Source: Octopus sinensis
Taxonomy: Eukaryota
Length of the DNA stretch: 64,000 nucleotides
Direction: 5' to 3'
NCBI RefSeq assembly: GCF_006345805.1
Contig: NC_043000.1
Location: 68,138,001 to 68,202,000 of the forward strand
This document shows positions 1 to 64,000 of this stretch, in pieces. A model generated the notes under the pieces. It saw nothing but the letters and a program-made list of their open reading frames with translations, had not been told where the DNA came from and did not search any database. Each line of letters begins with the position of its first letter. Positions within the stretch are counted from its first letter, which is position 1. The translations under genes and the position numbers were made by a program.

Positions 1-230
1 ATATAAGCAGTTTCCTTTGTTTTCAATCTTCCATGTAAACATGTCCAGCCATGGGGAAATATTATGTTACTTGGAAACAGGTAATGACTGGTGACAGGAA
101 GGGCATCCAGCTATAGAAAATCTGCCTCAGTGAATTCCATCTGACCCATGCAAGCATGGAAAAATGGATGTTAAAAACTGATGATTATGTATGTACTTCA
201 ACTAATAGCAATAAACAAATATAAACTTAC

Positions 231-25709
<25,479 letters not shown>

Positions 25710-26111
25710 TTTGAATAACCTGCTAAAACTTCTTTTTTTTTACTCCAATGATGTTTAGAGAAAGTCACTAAAAAATTACATCTCTCTCACGCAGCCATTA
25801 TAGTTGAAAATTTTACCGCGAACATTAGTTAAGCACTAAACATTTTCATTAGTCAATAAATAAAACTTCAAATAAATCAGTTATTATTGCATTATTAAAA
25901 TATTATAAAAATAAATATAATATAATATTAAGTAATTTTTTGTTTTTAACCAAATTTAATTTAAAATTATTATTAGCTAATCAGAATCGGAAAATTATTC
26001 ACGCGGTCGAAGATATATTATCGTTGCTTAGCAACATCATTGATGTATTAACCTTTCTCATAGAAGTGATAAAGCTGTAATTTCTTTTGTGTCTCTCTTA
26101 AGATATTAAAC
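25710..26111. promoter_or_regulatory. Bidirectional promoter and 5' UTR region shared by SMC1 and RIBC
   Basis: 402 nt between divergent ATGs, so both transcription starts and 5' UTRs most simply lie here. CpG dinucleotides are locally retained. Confidence 0.8.
26023..26035. promoter_or_regulatory. RFX X-box
   Basis: GTTGCT-T-AGCAAC, a perfect palindrome fitting the X-box pattern, 76 nt upstream of the ATG of a ciliary gene. Confidence 0.75.
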
Positions 26112-60391
<34,280 letters not shown>

Positions 60392-60435
60392 AATGTTAAT
60401 ATATTTATTTTAGATATTTTGGGCACTTTATAAAC

Positions 60436-60491
60436 AATAAAAAAAGTGTTTAGAATTTCTAGGAATGTATCAAATGCATCTGCAAAATAAA
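60436..60491 (+). terminator. Candidate polyadenylation signals of RIBC
   Basis: AATAAA at 60436-60441 and 60486-60491, about 45 and 95 nt after the stop codon, followed by T-rich sequence. Confidence 0.5.
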
Positions 60492-61123
60492 GACATGAAA
60501 AACAATTGCTATGTATCATGAATAATTTAACCAAGTTTTATATAGTAATATATTAAACAAAAAGGTTTCTTTAGGATATAAACTGAATTTTGAAATGAGT
60601 ATCTCTCTAATTCTTTCTGCCCCATATACACATGTGCAGTACATTCCAGTACATCAATATCGTCTCCATTGTCAACCCTAGAGTTAGCATCATGATTTTG
60701 TATAAAGTTAATGCTTAATCAATTTTGCTTTCTGTTGTCTTATCTTTTATCCTGCTGTTATAAATTGAACTAGTATTCTTTGCTTGTTTTCTTTATTGGT
60801 TCATTCTTTTCTTTGTCACATCTCTTGTTTATTTTTGTATGCCTAAACCACCACTAACTCGTATTCTCTAAGTTTACTTATGTGTTGCAGCTATCATTAC
60901 CATTAGTTTATAATGTTTATGCACAAAATCATTTAATTGCTACAACATAGGACTTTATAGAAAAACGAACTCTGCAAATTCTATCATTGAAGTGATTTAA
61001 ACAATCAGTTATAATCCAGAAGTTTCATTTGATAAATTACCAGTGACTAACAATGAACTCTTTGATAATAACAATATTAAGAATTCATCAAAGGCCACAG
61101 CTTTTAAGAGAACTTTTGCTTAG

Positions 61124-61345
61124 CCCTTTTGATACCAACCTGTCTGAGTTGTCCTTGGCTCTCTGATACAAATTTCTTGATTTAAAGAGATCTAAATTTC
61201 ATGTTAATTTCATCAAAATTTCGTGTTAATTTGTGTTCCAGACACTTGCATATTAATGACAGTTATTTTACTATATTCTTTGTTTTTTTCAAAATTAATC
61301 AAAACAAAGGCAGTGTACTTCAACAGAAATATGGTAACAAAAGGG
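61124..61345. mobile_element. Diverged piggyBac-type MITE related to family A
   Basis: CCCTTTTGATACC...GGTAACAAAAGGG ends, internal similarity to 15642-15862, degenerate TTAG/ATAA flanks. Confidence 0.7.
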
Positions 61346-63299
61346 ATAAATTAGGAATAAAGAATTTTGTTTATTAGGGAAAAAAATGTGGTATCAAATA
61401 TTTGCCTAGTATTTCTAACAGAAATACTTTGAACATTGTCCTAATATACAAAAAGACAGAGACAGAAAGGATTTGATCATATGCTTTCTTGATCAGGGTT
61501 AACTCAGAAGAAAGAAATACCCTCTGAACTGTTGGTATCATTGCTGTGTATACGTGTGACTTAAGATGATGCTAGCACATAAGCAGTGAAATTTTTAAAT
61601 GATGTGGTGCCTTTTATCAACATTTAGATGTATTCTGAAACGTCAGAGTTATATCTAATGCAGGGACTGTTAAAAATCTAACTAGAAATATATTTTTAGT
61701 GAGGCAAAACACAATATCAGTGACTAAAATTATTTGTATTTATCAAGCAAGAATTTACTCAACTCTGGAGATGTTTCAATATTATTCTGATCTCATCAGC
61801 AAAGCACAATTTTCACACTGTACTTGTAGAAATAGCCAGAAAGATTCATTAGAAATTATTCAAATCTTGTAAAATAGAAATTCTTAACTATGTAGAATTA
61901 AGTGTACTGTCCAACAGAATATTTACTAGAACTTAAAATTCACAGGATGCTGCTGCTGCTTGGTGTGATGGTTTTCTCTAGAAGCATCCTTGTGTAGAGT
62001 TTGTTGGTGTGGGTATGTACATGGTTGAGTATCCAAGGTTGTATATTTTTATATCTGCAAAGGGAATGTAATGCAAGTCTTTTTGTGACTATGATAACTT
62101 CATAGCCAGAGAAGCTACTATAAAACAAAACTATGTGGTGACCTATTGTAACATGCTCTGTGACACAGGGAGCCTGCAAATTATCAGTTTGTTGTCCATA
62201 AATAAGAAAGAAACCCACAATATGAGTTATGGAGTGGTTATTTTTTGTTACATGTCATTGAGAAGTGTATTGCTAGTTATGGCATATAACTAGTCAGAAT
62301 GCTACTGTTGGTTGTGGAACATATCTGAATGGAAGTAGATGATGCAGATTCTGTTTGGTGGAGAGTCATTCTTAAAAATTCACATAATCCGGGTACTTTT
62401 CTCAAATTTTTAGATGCTGCCCTCATGAGTGAAAATTTGTTTTCAAAATGTTGCCAGGTTCATCCTGGGACAAGGGACATGAATGCATACATACACATAT
62501 ACACACAGTTTATGTGCTTCACCCATGGCTTCAACCAACCCATGGGAAATAACTATTCTTTTCCTCAGAAAAATGTAAAATTTTTTACTATACTTCATTC
62601 CATTTCTTTTCACCAACACCAAGACACATACATATCTCTAGTATAAAAGAGTCTTTTACCTAAGTGCAGCAGTTAGCATGAAACCAACAATAATACCATT
62701 CTGATTACGTACATGCTATAACTAGCAATATACTGCTCAATGAGCATCATCATCATTATCATTTAACTCCCACTCTCCATGCTGGCATAGGTTTGATGGT
62801 TTGACTAGAGCTGATGAGCCAGAGAGCTGCGTCAAGTTTCCGTTTGATTTGACATGGTTTCTACAAATGGAAATATATATATATTCTTTTACATGTTTCA
62901 AGCCTAAGGCTGAGGCAATGTTGGAGTACCGCCAGTACATATATACATAAGTGAGTTTAGAGGGATATATTAACTGGGTGGATACTGTGGTAGCTCTCAG
63001 TTATGCTCCAGGTTAAGGCTAACTGCATCAATTAATCTTTAACATCAATGACTACTAGGACTTATCATTCATGCTGTAAATTCCTCTGACAGACAATTCT
63101 GTTTGCTTCACTAGATGGTTGTATTATAATGATAGAGAATATAGAGACTGGTACCTCCTCAAAATTTATTTCATTTTATTTTACAATGCTATACAGCATA
63201 TTTTTATGGTCACCAAATCCTTCTAAGTCTGGATATGGTAGACAGAAATGGAAAGAAGCCTGTCATTCATATACATATTATACATATGCATATATACAC

Positions 63300-63960
63300 T
63301 CCATGACATTCACTTGGAGTGTTGGGGGGAAATATTTCTTGGGTGTTTGATCTATTTACGGGGAGACATGGGGTGACCGGCAAGGTCACTGGATTTAAGT
63401 CCTTGTGACTTTTTCCTTTGGGGATACTTAAATGGAAAGGTTTTCTGACGTTGTCCTTGAACTCTTGAGGATTTGAAGGAAAGGATCAGAGAGGAAATTG
63501 ACACAATTCCACCTGAGATGACAAGGAGAGTCATGTAAAGTGGTTGGCATTTGGAAGGGTATCTAGCTGTAAAAATCATGCCAAAACTGACCTTGCCTTT
63601 GCTGGTGCTATGTAAAAAGCACAACCTAGCATGTAAAAAACACAACCTAGCATTAACTCTCCATGTTCCATTCTGTGGTCACAGTCTTCACGTTTTAGCT
63701 CCTGCATCTAATGGGGTTTCCATGGATAGAAATTCAATTCTCTATGCAACACCGTACATATTGTGTGTCTTGTTAGTCCACTTTTACAAACTGCTTGATG
63801 TGTTGATTTTTGAGGGCTGCAATTAAACATCTGTACTGCTGCCACATTCTCCGCTGATTGGGATGTGTTTGGATGGCCACTTCTTGCATCGTTCACAGAA
63901 CTTGTAGTCATCAGCTTTGCTTGACAACTTTTTATAATCTCTGGACATAGTGTTGCATGC
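63300..63960. mobile_element. Tc1/mariner transposase fragments in opposite orientations
   Basis: Plus strand 63330-63445 reads EIFLGCLIYLRGDMG*PARSLDLSPCDFFLWGYL. Minus strand 63708-63911 reads SVNDARSGHPNTSQSAENVAAV...SPQKS...ELNFYPWKPH. Confidence 0.7.
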
Positions 63961-64000
63961 TTACTTTTCCATGCATGCTACCATCTCTGAAACAAAACAA

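Noticed and set aside
26076-26102. 5' UTR intron acceptor just before the RIBC ATG
   Set aside because: A pyrimidine tract plus AG is present, but no donor can be assigned with confidence and the X-box position favours a nearby TSS. Needs 5' RACE.

Overview
AT-rich, repeat-dense animal genomic DNA. The SINE/LINE families and microsatellite load look like a coleoid cephalopod such as Octopus; this is inference, not a database match. Two protein-coding genes sit head-to-head with 402 bp between their start codons. SMC1 (cohesin ATPase) is on the minus strand: coding exons 1-12, 516 codons, running off the left edge. A complete RIB43A-family gene (RIBC, ciliary microtubule inner protein) is on the plus strand: 5 coding exons, 379 aa. 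All exon junctions were checked by hand for GT-AG and reading phase. The same divergent pairing is known for human SMC1A/RIBC1 and SMC1B/RIBC2. The shared promoter carries a palindromic RFX X-box on the RIBC side and E2F-like sites on the SMC1 side. The introns hold decayed and nested mobile elements: RTE, CR1, R4/Dong-like, Tx1/L1-like, Penelope-like (PLE), Gypsy, Tc1/mariner, piggyBac-type MITEs, a DINE-1/HINE-like element and tRNA-derived SINEs. The most unusual signals are (i) a PLE family whose 3' end carries a tRNA-like Pol III module followed by a minimal hammerhead-ribozyme motif (two copies), and (ii) a cluster of long fold-back palindromes with hammerhead-like remnants in RIBC intron 3. 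Most repeat boundaries are approximate.
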